Shown: positions 1 to 13,969 of the stretch, piece after piece
How positions within the stretch are numbered: position 1 is the stretch's first letter
Layout of the letters: each line of letters opens with the position of its first letter
NCBI RefSeq assembly: GCF_902713615.1
Contig: NC_052157.1
Coordinates: 111,369,524 to 111,433,523, forward strand
Reading direction: 5' to 3'
Source of the DNA: Scyliorhinus canicula
Lineage: Eukaryota
Length of the DNA: 64,000 bases
Position numbers and translations under genes: made by a program
Notes under the pieces: generated by a model
Seen by the model: the letters and a program-made list of their open reading frames with translations, nothing else
Database searches by the model: none
Told to the model about the DNA's origin: nothing

Positions 1-210
1 CTCTGATGGCAATTTTAAATAAAGAGAAACCTTACTGGGACAGAAACGAGCTTCTTCACTAACAAAGGGTAGTATTTCAAGTTTCACCCATCTTAAAAAA
101 TAAACTGAGTTAAATTTTATATTAAGTTATAAGATAATTATTGTCCAAAAATACGTACACGCAAATGCCTCCAGGTAAATGAATTACCGCGATTATATAC
201 CCATACTCAC

Positions 211-320
211 CTCGCCAATGGATTTATACTTGTGAAGGACAATCCCAGTTTCACAGTCAATGAAGCAAACTGAATCCCCTCCGCACGTAGCTACAGTTCG
301 AGATGACTGCAGCCCTCCAT
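211..320 (-). CDS. LRWD1: LRWD1 coding exon 8 (WD40); gene continues left of the window
   Basis: catcag acceptor, 110 nt (phase 1 start), GTGAGT donor. SRTVATCGGDSVCFIDCETGIVLHKYK aligns with human SQTVATCGGEAVCVIDCQTGIVLHKYK. Confidence 0.95.
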
Positions 321-1289
321 CTGATGGGAAAATTTAAAGGAATAGAATCATAAAATTTACAGTGCAGAAGGAGGCCGTTCAGCCCATCGAGTCTGCACCA
401 GCCCTTGGAATGAACATCCTACCCAAGCCCATGCCTCCACCCCATCCCCAGAAACCCAATAACCCTACCTAACCTTTTTTTTTGGACACTAAGGGCAATT
501 TATCACGGCCAATCCACCTAACCTGCACATCTTTGGACGGTGAGAGGAAACCGGAGCACCCGGAGGAAACCCACGCAGACACAGGGAGAACGTGCAATCT
601 CCACACAGACACTGACCCAAGCTGGGAATCGAAACCTATAGCTTATTCAAAGCTACATTTCTGCTACCTCTGGGGGCTTGTTTTTTTTGTCATTTTCAAA
701 CTGTCCATCTGGGAATTCTGAAAACTCAATCGAATTTCTTTAGGTGCTGTTCCACGTGAACATTCAATTGCTAAACAATGACAGAATGAGGTGGCATGTT
801 AGGAATTCCCCCTCATCTCATTTGAATTATTAAGTATCACCTATTTGGGAACCCCTCCGCACAATATAATGGGGACAGAGACCAAATGTAATTGGTTTCT
901 GTCTGTCTCCCCTTTTGGCTGCACCTGGTAACAGTCCCTCAGGTACAGCACTGAGGAAAAGCAACATTCTAAAGTTTCATTTGGAGAAGATCTTTTTAAC
1001 ATAGTGGTTAGACCATTTTAAATAAAATCCTGACCGGTCTCTAATATCTGTCCAATTTTCCCATTGTTTTTTTTGCACCTCACCCCCACTCTGCCTTCCT
1101 GTTCAGCATATGCACATCCTCTGCGGCGCATCACTATTTATCTTCTACTTTCTAATGCAGAGCAAAGTTCCCTGGTTCTGGAGTTTGTGGCACTGTACCG
1201 GTTTGTCAGGTTGCATGCATTTACTTCCTACTGCATCCGAAATACACTTGAGCAATAACTCCCTGAAGACTTCTCCAGTAGAAACAGTT

Positions 1290-1873
1290 TGGTTGCATCG
1301 CCTCTAATGCCTGGATGTTCTATTGTTGCAGAATTCTAGACAACCCTAGGTGTCGTTGAAACAGTGTCATGTATGGGGTTGGAAGGGGAGTTGTTGTGGT
1401 CACTGATCTGTGACAACCACCGGTTCGCTCGGGGGGACCGCGTTGTCGTCGTGTGCCAGGCTCAGCCTGGTCCAATATAAGGTGGTCCACAGCGCTCATA
1501 TGACTGTGGCCTGGATGAGCAGGTTTTTTGAGCAGGTGGAGGACAGGTGTGGGTGCTATGGGGGAAGTCATGTGCACATGTTCTGGGCGTGTCTGACGTT
1601 CTGGATGGAGGGACTTGGAGCCCCCGAAGTCAGGTGTTTGGGTTATCGACGTGGCGGGTTTCTCAGGTTGGAGAAAATCAAATTCGCCTGAAGGGGTTTG
1701 GTACAGGGGTTCGCTCGGAGGTTGCAGCCGTTCATTGACTTCTTCAAGGAAAATTAGTCTGTCAGCGGGGGAGATGGCTATTTTATTGTGGGTTTTTTGT
1801 CTTTGTTGGATGTTTCCGTTTAAAAGTGTTAAAATTATAAATGGCGTAATAAAATATTTTCTAAAAAAATAAA
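1290..1873 (+). mobile_element. L1 3' end fragment with poly(A)
   Basis: LSLVQYKVVHSAHMT..DRC..HVHMFWAC resembles the ORF2 C-terminal Cys region. AATAAA and A-rich tail at 1848-1873. Confidence 0.75.
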
Positions 1874-1965
1874 ACAGTGTCTTGCGTTGATCCAATAACC
1901 TTACTGCTAAAGTAATCTAAACATCAATACTTCCATGTCCCTCTCCTGTGGGGCCCTGTTCTCTG

Positions 1966-2558
1966 TACATAAGAACTACGAGCAAGTAGGCCATCTGGCC
2001 CCTCGAGCCTGCTCCACCATTCAATGAGATCATGGCTGATCCTTTGTGGACTCAGTTCCACTTTGCGGCCCGAACACCATAACCCTTAATCCCTTTATTC
2101 TTCAAAAAACTATCTATCTTTACCTTAAAATATTTAATGAAGGAGCCTCAACTGCTTCACTGGGCAAGGAATTCCATAGATTCACAACCCTTTGGGTGAA
2201 GAAGTTCCTCCTAAACTCAGTCCTAAATCTACTTCCCCTTATTTTGAGGCTATGCCCCCTAGTTCTGCTTTCACCTGCCAGTGGAAACAACCTGCCCGCA
2301 TCTATCCTATCTATTCCCTTCATAATTTTATATGTTTCTATAAGATCCCCCCTCATCCTTCTAAATTCCAACGAGTACAGTCCCAGTCTACTCAACCTCT
2401 CCTCGTAATCCAACCCCTTCAGCTCTGGGATTAACCTAACGAACTCCTCTGCACACCCTCCAGTGCCAGTACGTCCTTTCTCAAGTAAGGAGACCAAAAC
2501 TGAACACAATACTCCAGGTGTGGCCTCACTAACACCTTATACAATTGCAGCATAACCT
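1966..2558 (-). mobile_element. CR1 LINE 3' fragment
   Basis: YEERLSRLGLYSLEFRRMRGDLIETYK..TRGH..FFTQRVVNLWNSLP. The 3'UTR is also seen at 23245-23410 (+). Confidence 0.9.
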
Positions 2559-3170
2559 CAATATTTCAGAAAACTTCTTTACATTCCCACGCTTACTTCC
2601 CATCCCTAGTTTCATTGCCTCTTAATTGCCCACATTAAATATAATTTTCCACTCACCAACCGGCCTACCAACACATTTGTGTCAGTTTGTATTTGGTTTG
2701 TTTCCTTGCTGTTGGTAGAGATCCCCCCCAACATGGTGCCATTTGCAAACCCGACCATGTTTCTAACTCTAGCTTCGAGTCATTTGAATAGACTAGAAAT
2801 ATTAATAGCCCCACTAATCCCCCTTGCCTGATTTATGCAATTCAATTCACAACCATCTTCTTTTATTCTGGTTTAAATTCAATCCATTTTGGAAGCTTGA
2901 TTTTTATTCCAAGGCTTCTTGACCGTTGAACTAATTATTGGTGTAGCATATTGCCAATAGCATTACAGCGCCACACAGTACTGGGAATTTCCATTGAGAA
3001 TAGAGGTCCAGGCAAGTAAAATAACTAATTATTTGCAGCTACTATGTACAGTTTCATTTGAGGTACCTAAATAACTTAATTTAATGTTCTTTATTCAATC
3101 AGTTAAGAAAAAAAAAACTTGTCCAGTTGTACTGTATACATTCTGTGTGCTAGTTTAGTATATAGTTTAC

Positions 3171-3297
3171 CTGGAGTCAGGGAGTTCTTTATTTCCGGTT
3201 CAAAAGCACATGCCCAGAGCTGAGTCGTTAAATCCTCAGGGTCATTATCCCTGCTGTGACTCTGTAGAAAATGTAGAGGTTCTAGGACAACAGATTC
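3171..3297 (-). CDS. LRWD1: LRWD1 coding exon 7 (start of WD40 domain)
   Basis: taccag acceptor, 127 nt, GTAAAC donor. LEPLHFLQSHSRDNDPEDLTTQLWACAFEP aligns with human LEPLHFLQCHSKNNSPQDLETQLWACAFEP. Confidence 0.95.
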
Positions 3298-4337
3298 CTG
3301 GTAAGGATTTAAAAAGAAACCTATAAGTTGCTGGTACAACATAAATCACAGACATTAAGCCACAAGAGAAAGTAATTCAGCCCCATTCTATTTGTGCTAG
3401 CTCTTGGTTGCAACAACGTACACCCTGCTCTCGTCCCGTAATGGTATCTGCCTCAACGCCGCAATATTTCTCCAAACTTCTTTCTGCATCCTCGTAATGA
3501 TGATTTTACAATGATTGCCCATGTCAGTAACTCCTCAGTCAGAGAAAGTAGCCTTTTCCGCTACTTTCTACAAAACTCTTAAGAATGTTTAAATATTAAT
3601 TTAACATCTTCTTAGTTCTCTCTCCTCAAATGGAAATAGTCCCAGTATCTCAAATTTCTCCTCCTAACTGTAGTTTCCCATCCCTCACATCATCCTGGCG
3701 AAAATATACTGTTCAACCTCTATAGCTTTAATGTCCTTTACACAATAGGGATGCAAAACTGCACATTGTAACCGAATCAACATTTTGTATAAATTAATTA
3801 TTAACTCAATTAGGGCGTTTAGTGTTTCTTTCCACCTGTGCTTGTTTTTGCAGGTGTCTGTAGTTGGGACCAGTATTTCTGTTTCTCCACAATGTTGAGT
3901 GACATCCCATGAGATGCATATTCTCATGCCTTGTTTTCTTCATTACCAAAGTACATTCCCTCCCAATTATCCATGTTAAATTGTACCTGGCACTCATCTG
4001 TCCGTTCCACCAGCCTTTCTACATTGTTCTGAAATCTTATTTTGGCCTATCACACTATTTGGCAAGCTTTCTACTTTTATGCTGTCAGCAAATTTTGAGA
4101 TTGTGCTCTCCGTACCAAGCCCAAATCAATCGAGAGAGAAAGAGAACACAAAAGTGGACTCAGCACTCACTTTTAACACCTCTCACCGGGGACACCAGGC
4201 TCAGCAGGGCTCCTCATCGGTTCCCCCTCATCCTATTCAGCAACCCTCAGCAAAGACGACAGGCTATGCAACAGGACCCCAAATGGGCTTCCACCAGGGA
4301 CAATGCGCTCTCTGTCACAAGCACATCCTCCTTGCCT

Positions 4338-4670
4338 GGGCAGCACGGTAGCACAGTGGTTAGCACCGTTGCTTCACAGCTCCAGGGTTCCAGGTTCGGC
4401 TCCCAGCTTGGATCACTATCTGTGTGGAGTCTGCACGTTCTCCCCGTGTCTCCTCCGGGTTTCCTCCGGGTGCTCCAGTTTCCTTCCACAGTCCAAAGAT
4501 GAGCAGGTTAGGTGGCTTGGCCATGATAAATTGCATGCAGTGTCCTAAAAGGTTAGGTGGGGTTATTGAAATAGGGTAGAAGTGTGGGCTTAAGTAGGGT
4601 GCTCTTTCCAAGGGCTGGTGCAGACACGATGGGCCGAATGACCTCCTACTGCACTGTAAATTCTATGATC
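4338..4670 (+). mobile_element. tRNA-derived V-SINE (HE1-like) with CR1-type tail; similar copies at 343-637(-), 10765-11065(+), 23677-24005(+), 41447-41746(+)
   Basis: A/B-box head, central GTGTGGAGT.TGCAC.TTCTCCCCGTGTCTGCGTGGGTTTCC domain, tail GGCCGAATGGCCTCCTTCTGCACTGTAAATTCTATG. Confidence 0.9.
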
Positions 4671-4936
4671 CTGCACCACCACTGCCTTCATAAAGACATC
4701 TTGCAACTCCTGAAACTTGGTTTTGACATCCACGAGTCATTCAGAAGATAAGCTTCATCACTGGTGGACATCATCTGCCGGTGAAGAACACCATACCATC
4801 AGTGCGGAAATCCTTTCAAAAGTAGCTGCGCCACCAAAGACGGCCCCTCCCCAATCTCTTAAAGCTGCCACAAATCAACGAGGATTATAACCATTCAACT
4901 CGACTCAGTGAAGCTGAAACACTGGCCAACAACTCT

Positions 4937-4974
4937 TAGTACATGCCACTAACTATAGTACATGCCACTAACTA
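4937..4974. repeat. Perfect 19-bp tandem duplication (TAGTACATGCCACTAACTA x2)
   Basis: Read directly. Confidence 0.9.
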
Positions 4975-5241
4975 TGTAGACCAAGAAAAGACAAAACAAA
5001 TGTGCACAGGGATAAAAATTAAAAGATGAGCAGAGCCGGAGATCGCAAAAACGCAGCCGCTCCAGCGCTCACGTCACCTGCATGCCGCTAATTAGTTTTA
5101 GTTATTAGGTTACCTTCCTCACCAATCATTATTCTCTAGGCGCATGGCAAAGTGTGTGCACATTGTCTAACACAAAGTCATAACAGCACTAAAAGGGGAC
5201 CTTCAGCCCATTGTGTCAGCCATCAAGCACCTATATACGCT

Positions 5242-6004
5242 TGTTAGAATACCAGGCCAGACCCCAACATTTGTTGGGATACCGGACGAAAACCCCAAAT
5301 AATTTTTTTAAATTTGTAAAACTGTGAGGAAAGGATGCTCCACTCCAGGAGTGAAGACTCTGACCAATACACATCTTTTATGTTAAAACAAACTTTAATT
5401 TAAACACAGAATTAACCACATTATCAAATAAATAGTTTTACAATTAAGTTCTTCAACACCAGGAGAATCTTAAACCTATTATCTATACCTGCTACTAACA
5501 TCGAATTAAGCAAACCAATACAGTTCAAATGCCACCTTCAAATAAGGTTAGCACAACAGATTTACTTGCTTAGTTGTGTAAAGACGTTTGGAGAGAGTTC
5601 CTTTCAAGAGCTGATCCAGTACACTTCCGCTCATCCGAGCAGCATTTTGCAAGCTGTTCAACTTAAAATTCTATAACAGACTGCAAAACTATAAACAGAT
5701 CTGGCTCCAATTAATTACATACCTGTATCCCACTAATTTCCATGACCTGTTTAGCTTGGTCTAAATAACACTACCTCAAATTATCTACATCCAGGGAATC
5801 CCCAGAAATCAAAACAGAATTCCATTAACCCTTTATCTGTAACTGAGTAAATGGTTAAAATCAATAGTTACCTCACTCTTTTACGACTATTTAATTACGG
5901 CTTGAGCAGGCACACAGTCTGGGTACTTTAACCTAAGGTCTTCAATAATATTATTGCAACAAATATAATCCTTAACCCAGGCTTTTAAAAATATTGCTAC
6001 AACA
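5242..6004 (-). mobile_element. Solo LTR related to the Gmr1-like LTR at 35807; partial second copy at ~6598-6912
   Basis: TG...CA ends. Shares blocks with 35807-35960 (ttttatg.taaaacaaactttaatttaaacacagaa). An internal ~310 bp is repeated at 6598-6912. Confidence 0.7.
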
Positions 6005-7019
6005 GACATAAAATATAATATATAACCTGGGACCTGGCGCTGTGAGGCAACATTGCTAACCACTATGCTACATACATTCAATTTCTACATTCATTACACT
6101 CTTATTCCATTTTCCAGCACTTGGCTTGTGTCCATATCTATAAAAACTTGTATTCACTTTTTGTATGTTGCTGTGACAGGTCAGAGCACCATTTTCAATC
6201 AAGAAAGTGAAGATATTCTGGCATGATGTCTGGCTGCTTTAGCTATAGAAGAACTAATGCAGAATTTAGTCATGCACAACTAAGACCTATAATAACAATC
6301 TTTATTGTCACAAGTAGGCTTACATTAATACTGCAATGAAGTTACTGTGAAAACCCTTAGTCGCTTCATTCCAGCTCCTGCTCGGGTACGCAGAGGGAGA
6401 ATTCAGAATGTCCAATTCACCTAACAGTGCGTCTTTCTGGACTTGGGGGAGGAAACCGGAGCACCCGGAGGAGACCTACGCAGACACAGGGAGAACGTGC
6501 AGACTCCGCACAGACAGTGACTCAAGCTGGGAATCGAACCTGGGACCCTGGCGCTGTGAGGCAGCATTGCTAACCGGTATGCTACTGCGCTACCCATAAC
6601 ACACGATTATTTGCTTACTTGTGTAAAGATGTTTGGAGAGAGTTCCTTTAAAGAGCAGATCCACTACACTTCTGCTCATCCTAGCGCATTTCACAAAACT
6701 GCTGTTCAACTTAAAATCCTATAACAGACTGCAAAACTACAGACAGACCTGGTTCTAATTAATTACATCACCTGTATACCACTAAGTCCCATGACCTGTT
6801 TCGCTCAGACTAATTAACACTCCCTGATAAATTATCTACACTCCAGGGAATCCCCAGAAATCAAACCACAATTCTATTAGCCCTTTATCTATAACCGAGT
6901 AAGTGGTTAAATATGCATCTAGGAAAGAAAGGAAATGAGGGACAACGTTTTTAAATGGCAATATCAACCGCCTAAATAGTAAAAGATGCAAAATATAATG
7001 TTGCAGTGAAAACCAAGAG

Positions 7020-9110
7020 GAACAAATTTTAAATGCGTAAATACATATTCAAGCCATAAACTGTAATCTGAACAAACTAATGTATTAAAAAAAAAAATCT
7101 TCCCTTGGGAATAGGGATAGAAATAGTGCAAAGGGACAAGGGCGGCAGTTCCTTGAATGTGTTCATGCTAACTTTCTGCAGCAGTATGTTTCTGGACCAA
7201 TGAGAGGCCAGGTACTGGTGGACCTGGTTCTGGGGAATGAGTTGGTCCAAGTGCATCAGGTAACATCGGGAGACCATTTAGGGCACAGTGACCATTCTAT
7301 CATTGGGTTTAGATTGGCAACAGAACATGGGATGACATGGAGCAATCCAGAGCAGGGATAATTAATCGGGGAAAAGCCAACTTTGATGGGATGAGAATGA
7401 ATCTGAGTGGAATAAGCTGGAATCAAATGTTGGCACAAAAGATGGTGACTGAAGGCTGCCATCAAAGTGATAGTATTGCAGGCAATGTCAAAGTATATTC
7501 CCTTGAAAGGGAAAGGTGGCACAAATAAATCTAGAGCACCCTGAACGATGAGAGAGGTAGAGGTGAAGGTGAAAAGGAAGAAGTACACATATGACAGATG
7601 TCAGATACAAAATACAATGAGAATCAGACTGAACATAGAAGGACCAGAAATGAGGTGAAAAAAAGAAAAGCAAGGAGGGAGCATGAAAAGAGACCACCAC
7701 CAAACATAACAGGGAATCCAAAGGTCATTGATATACATGTAAATAAACGGGCGATAAAAGGAGTAGAACTGATTAGGGATAAAAAAGGAGACTTTGATAT
7801 GATTTATTGTCTCACGTACCAAAGTACAGTGAAAAGTATTTTTCTGCGGCCAAGGGAACATACACAGTAGACAAATAAAGAATAATCGATAGATTACATT
7901 GACAAATGGTACATCGACAAACAGTGATTGTTTACAGTGAGGAACAAAGGGCCAAACAAAGTAAATGTATGAGCAAGAGCAGCATCGGACAGCGTCAATA
8001 GTGCTTTTGTAGGGAACAGATAGTCCGAGGGAGAGTTGTTGAGGAGTCATTGCACATGGAGGCAGGAGGAATAACGGAAGCATTAAACAAATACTTTATA
8101 CCTGCCTTTACAAAGGAAGAGGATGCTACCCAGGTCGAGGTGAGAGAAGAGGTAACTAGTACACTCGAGGAACTTACAACTGAAAAGGAGGAAATGTTAG
8201 ATCCTTGCTTAAAAATTATATGGTACCAAGACCGATGAAATGCATCAAAGGATGCTAAGAGGCGAGAGTGGAAATTTGCAGAGGCGCTGGTGGTAATCTT
8301 TCAGTCTTCCTTACACACAGCGGGTGGTGCTGGAGGACTGGAGAATTGTGACCGTTACACCCTTCTTCAAAAAGGAGAACAAGGATAATGCCGGCAAGTA
8401 CAGAACAGTCAGTTTGCCTTCAGTGTTAGAGAAACTTCCAGAAACGATGGTTCGGGACAAAATCAGTAGTCACTTAGTCAAATGCAGGATTGGCAGGGAA
8501 ACCCAACTTGGACTCATTAAGCAAAAATCATGTTGAACTAACTTGCTGGAGTTTTTTGAAGAGGTAACAGAGAAGGCTGGTGAGGGCAATGCTGTTGATA
8601 CAGTGTATATGGATTTGCAAAAGGCATTTGATACAGTGCTACATAACAGACTTGTGAGCTAACTTCTAGCTCATGGTATAAAAGGAAAAGTAGGCACTTG
8701 AATAAGAAATTAGTTGAGTGACAGGAAACTGCGATAAATAGTTGCTTTCAAGATTTGGGAGGTGGGGGGTGGAGTTTTGTTGCAGTGTTCCCCAAGGATC
8801 ATTGTTGGGATGCTTGATGCTTAATGACCTATACTGTGGCTGCCAGGGCATGATTTCAATATTTGCGGATGATGCAAAGATTGGCAGCATTGTTAACTGT
8901 GATGAGGATAGTCTTGAACTTCAAAACAACAGACATATTGGTAGATTGGGCAGACAAGTGGCAGACAAAGTTTAATGCAGAGTGTGAGGTAATTTATTTT
9001 GGAGTGAAGAATATAGAGACAGTTAAAATAAAGGGAGAAACTCCAAAGGAGTTGCAGGAACAGAGGGACCTTGGTGTAGATGTACATAAGTCATTGCACA
9101 CCTCAATCTC
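7020..9110 (+). mobile_element. Old degraded CR1 LINE (endonuclease to RT) with an unrelated insertion at ~7793-8050
   Basis: Broken ORFs with DWRIVTVTPFFKK, YRTVSLPSV, SVPQGSLLG and FADDAK. Confidence 0.85.
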
Positions 9111-9917
9111 TGTTGAAATTTGCATTTGCACTTAAAAGGTACCAATTCATGGCTTTTGTTTCACTGGCATACAACAGAGCACCATTTCTCAAAACAAAAG
9201 GACCAGACAGTACAACTCATTGGTACACTATTGCATTGTGGAACCTCAATTTTGCCTCAATTACCCTTTGAATCTAATCTTAATTAACATATTTGAACGG
9301 TTTTCAGTTTAGATCTTTCCACTATTTCTTACTGTATTCTTTTCTACCTTAATTCACTTAGAGCAAATGATTCTACGATATAATGTAGAAGTTACAATGC
9401 CACATTGTGGTAATTAACAGTTACTACAATATCATATGAAATTAATAACTAGATGGAAAAGTTAAGAGATTCCTCACCAGGGTTCTTCATAGCTAATGTG
9501 AATAGTTGTGGAACATAGAATAACTACAGTGCAGAAAGAGGCCATTTGGCTCATCGAGTCTGCACCGACCCTTCCTCATGAGGATCAAACCAGGGCTGCA
9601 AAGGCTGCTCCCATGCCATGGTAAAGACCGATAGCGGGGGAGTGCAGATCAAGGGGAGTCAAGTTAAAAATGGGTAAACTGGCTTCCAAGAAGTTGGAAA
9701 TCACCTGTGAGCAGTGGAAGCACACTCCCAGGGAGTGCTTTTAGCATCAGCCTCTCATTTAAACAGAGCCAGAGGTCTTAATTTCTATTTGAAGGCTTCC
9801 AGCCTGTTAGATTCACGGAACAGGCACTCATCCCAGTGCTCTTATCTAGCTGACCCTAGCAAGTTCTCCCGAGGTTGGGAAATAGAACATTGGTTAAGTT
9901 GGATTTCCAAGCCATAC

Positions 9918-10259
9918 CTTGTACTTTGATTTCTTCCTTGGAATACATTCTTTACTGACTGCAATTGGAGTTGCTGAACAATCCCTCTTTGTTGTCCTGG
10001 TTTCCTTTTTCACTGCAACGCTATTGCCTTTCTTGTTTTCTTGTTTCGCCATCGGAGCAGTTAGTCTTTCTTTTCCGTGTTGAATTCTCATACTTTTTCT
10101 GGAAACGTTTTCAGTGTCATTCTGTGACACCTCACCTCTGCCAGAAATGACTTGCCTTTCACTCTTGGTGGTATCCTGCACAGGACGAAGCCTGGTTTTT
10201 CTGGTTGAAGACACTGCAACAGAGGACTGAGAGTCCCTTCTATTAGAGCTCTTAAGGAC
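9918..10259 (-). CDS. LRWD1: LRWD1 coding exon 6 (basic, low-complexity linker, 114 aa)
   Basis: tatgcag acceptor, 342 nt open frame, GTATGG donor. Phase 0/0 fits between exons 5 and 7. Little recognisable homology, so it is assigned by position and phase. Confidence 0.72.
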
Positions 10260-11064
10260 CTGCATACAAACAGGAATGTGTGAGGCAGCTAGACAAATTC
10301 TATATCCTTCCAACATTTAAAGGAAAAACAATCCTGCAATACTGTCGCCATCATATACACCGAGAGGTTGCATTCTCACTCTCATTTTGGGTCTTCTTGT
10401 GTGGGGAATGCCTGTGCTCAAATGTTCTATGCTTGGGAACTTGGTGAAATGGAACAATTCACTCTATTAACAACTGCAGTTCTCAGGTGTGATCTGTTTC
10501 CTAAGGTGGTGGGCGCAACAGGTCAAATGAAGCCATGCGACCTGCAGGGACCACCAGCTTCATTTTTTAGGATCCCTTTTGGAGTGGTGGAGACGATCAC
10601 GTGCTGAGAAGTGAGAGGAACACTGGTTTCTGGGAAAGCCCATCACTTAAGTTTGAAACTAAAACATGGTCTTTTTTCAAGATTAAAACTGATTTTCTTC
10701 ACATTATAAGTAACTTATCGATATGCATCAGCACCAAAATATTTGTGGCCTAGTCAACTTGAATGGCACAGTAGTTAGCACTGTTGCCTCACAGCACCAC
10801 GGACCCGGGTTCGATTCTGGCCTGGGGTGACTGTCTGTGTGAAGTTTGCACATTCTCCCAGTGTCTGTGTGGGTTTCCTCCTGGCGCTCCAGTTTCCTCC
10901 CACAGTCCAAAGAATCGGTTAGGTGAACTGGTCATGATCAATTGCCATTTAGTGTCCAAAGATGTGACGGTTAGGTGGGGTTACAGGGTTAGGGCGAGGG
11001 AGTGGGCCTAGATACAGTGTTCTTTCAAAGGGTTGGTGCAGACTTGATGGGCCAAATGGATTCT

Positions 11065-12355
11065 ACAGAAGATAGATGGGAAAGCTGTACAGAAAATGTA
11101 AATTGGCTGCAAAGGAATATGGAGCAGAAAAGTAATTGAGTGAGATCTTGCCAGGAGGAATATGCAGAAACGAGAAAACATCCACTTTGCTCAGAGGAAT
11201 AGACAAGCAAAAAAAATTTAAAGTGGAAAGACTAATTGACTTTAAGATCCAGAAGGACTTTGGGACCTTGTACACAAATCAAAATTAACATGCTGGTAAC
11301 ATCAAGCACTTAGGAAGGCAAATGATATCTCAGTCTTTATTGCAAACGAGTTGGAGTACAAGAGTAAAGACTGCATTATAGAAGGTTTCTGTGAAACCAA
11401 ACCAGTGTACCGTTCTGGTCTCCTTACCAAAGGAAAAGTATATTTTCCTTTGAAGCGTTTGAAACAAAGATTCACTAGATTGATTCCTGGCATGAGCAGA
11501 CTACCCCGTTAGGAACGAATAAGTAGAAGAAAGAGGTGTGGTCTATTGGAAACACAGTCCCGACTAAGTGTCAATTCTGACAGAAAAAGCAGTGTGTTCC
11601 CGCTGGCTCCACTGCCAGATTTTTCCATCATATTTTTTTACACTTAATCAAAAAGAATCCTTGATATTGGAATGGTTTGAATATTTTATGTTATAGCCCA
11701 CATCCCCCCACGGTACTTACCTGAGCGCCCCGAGCAGGGGCTATTTGGCAGGTGCCCATTGGTCCAGACCGGTTGTAAACCCTGGCGACACGGGGTGGGG
11801 GGGAATAATAGAGCGGGAGAACCCGCTGGCAATGCATAAATGTACAATAATGGGCTCCCTGCTCTTTCATGGCGGAACCCCATTATGTCTTTGCCGGGAA
11901 CAGGGAAAATCAAGAGTGGAAATCCCGCTGGCCTAAAAGCTCTTTTGGGATTCTCCCTCAATTCTTTGTCCGCACCAGTATTCCCCCGCCTGCCAAAAAC
12001 AGGGCGGAAAATCCTGGCCGTAGAAAATTGTGTCACAAGGCATGACAGGGTAGTTGCAGAGAAAACGTTTCCCCTGGCTGCAGAGTCTAGATTCAGAATA
12101 TGGGATCAGCCACTAAGGATGGAGAAGACAAAATATTTGATTACTTAAAGATTATGAACGTTTGAAATACTCTACCTCAGGCAGCTGTGAGGGCTTAGTC
12201 AGAGTATATTCAAGAGTGAGATCAATAAATGTGCGGACCCCAAGGAAAATCGAGGGATATGGGAACAGGGCAAGAAAGTGGGGTTGATGTACAATTTCAT
12301 TCATTAATTTATTGAATGGTGGAACAAGAGGGCATATGGCCTACCCCTGGCTCCT
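11065..12355 (+). mobile_element. Old CR1 3' region with a nested GC-richer palindromic MITE-like insert (~11557-12020)
   Basis: Decayed CR1 C-terminal coding motifs and 3'UTR flank the insert. Confidence 0.6.
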
Positions 12356-12666
12356 TAACCTTAAGCGCTTAAGATAATATCAAGAGTAGTCATGCACAAA
12401 TCCTCCAGGATAAGGCAGGAGTAAGCTTTCAAGAACATTCTGCTATTGTACAAAAAACATTAAGACTTTGCATCACTGAAGAAACGGACTGGTCTGCAAG
12501 CAGCCTGTATCTGAAGTGTGGGATGGCGAACATCACAACTTCACAGAATACATCATTCTTGGATGTTATTTTGTCTCAATTAATTTCCTCCAGTTTGGAA
12601 TTATCCCAAATAAAAATGATGGAGATGTTCTTTAAATTATACATAGCAAACATTTTAATTTCTTAC

Positions 12667-12774
12667 ATCAGTGTTTTCTGCTTCATCTTCATCCTCACTT
12701 CCTTCTGACTCAGAGGATACCTGGTTCTCGTGCTTCAGTAGAGAAGCCACAAATTCTTTTGCGATCATTTCCAC
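12667..12774 (-). CDS. LRWD1: LRWD1 coding exon 5 (start of acidic linker)
   Basis: tcctag acceptor, 108 nt, GTAAGA donor. VEMIAKEFVASLL aligns with human VRMISEELVAAS, followed by acidic SESEGSEDEDE. Confidence 0.85.
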
Positions 12775-13897
12775 CTAGGAAACATATCACACAAGTATTA
12801 ACAGGTGAAAGAAACCCTGTCCACAAATATGCAGGTTATCAGAATATAGAAACAAGAGTAGGCCATTTACCACCTTCTGAGACCATTGATATGTGACCTA
12901 ATTCCATAAGTACCGCATTAGCCCCATGGTCCTGAGAACTTAGATTTTTCAAATTTCTAACACTCTTTGTGCATGGAAGAGTTTCCTAATTTGATTCTTG
13001 AAAGGTTTGGCTTCAATTTTTAGACTCTGCTCTCTACTCCTGAATTTCCCAACCAAATAGCTATTTAAGATATTTATTTAACTTTTGAAGACCAGTCACA
13101 ATAGATCAATTCTAAATATCTGAAAAGGAGAAATGTGCCCAGATGTGGAGTGAGGGCGAAGGATTGGCAGTACATGAATTGCGCCCTAGGAGACCAGCAC
13201 AAACACAATGGGCCAAATAACTTTCTTCTGTGATGCAATAGTTGTGTTCTAAAAGATAGGATTGCAATTATTTGGTGACTTCAAAATAATATCCATTAAA
13301 TGATTTAGTATTTAGAATTTTCATATACTCCTACTTTGTAACCACCATACAAGTCCTAGCAATGAGCCATTTGCCGCGTGGTGTTAGACTATTGGCACTG
13401 CCTCAAAGATGTTAATTCAGTTCCAACGTCATTGCAGGGCTATTCACTTGGCTCCAACCTTTCCCCATGGAGAACAGTCATTAGTTAGTATTTGGGGAAT
13501 TGGTTAAGTGTGCATTTGTGCTGTGCCATCCACCTTGACATGCTAGACATCCAAATATAATGTTGGGTACTAGCATACTCATCACCAGTTGCTTTATCTG
13601 GGTCCTCATGTCACCCTAAGATGGCCCTTCTTACCAGGATGTTGAGCAACAGGTTACCTTAAGCTGCAGCACTCCTACCCAACAATTGTTCTTTCCGACA
13701 TTTTTTAAATACTGGTCTTAATTCATCAACAGGAGCAAGTACCTGCTTAAAATTTTTTTCTAAAATGAATTTTTTAATGAATTGACAAATTATTGCTTGT
13801 AAAGCTTTAAATTATTAATTTTAATACCAACAAATACAACTTATGAATGTTAATAGCACAGTATGCTCAACTGCCCCTTGGTGTCCAAAAGATCAGG

Positions 13898-13969
13898 TAG
13901 TGTGAAAGTGTTTGTGAGATTGTGACAATGTCTGGAAGAGGCAAGACTGGCGGTAAAGCTCGGGCCAAG
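13898..13969 (+). pseudogene. Histone H2A 5' fragment (short leader plus MSGRGKTGGKARAK) fused to a SINE
   Basis: ATG 13928 to 13969 encodes the exact H2A/H2AX N-terminus. No H2A sequence follows. Confidence 0.85.

Noticed and set aside
1-40. Acceptor of the next LRWD1 exon at the window edge
   Set aside because: A minus-strand CAG is present, but too little sequence is visible to confirm frame or homology.
1320-1895. 191-aa minus-strand ORF
   Set aside because: Antisense to an L1 3' fragment, with no recognisable protein.
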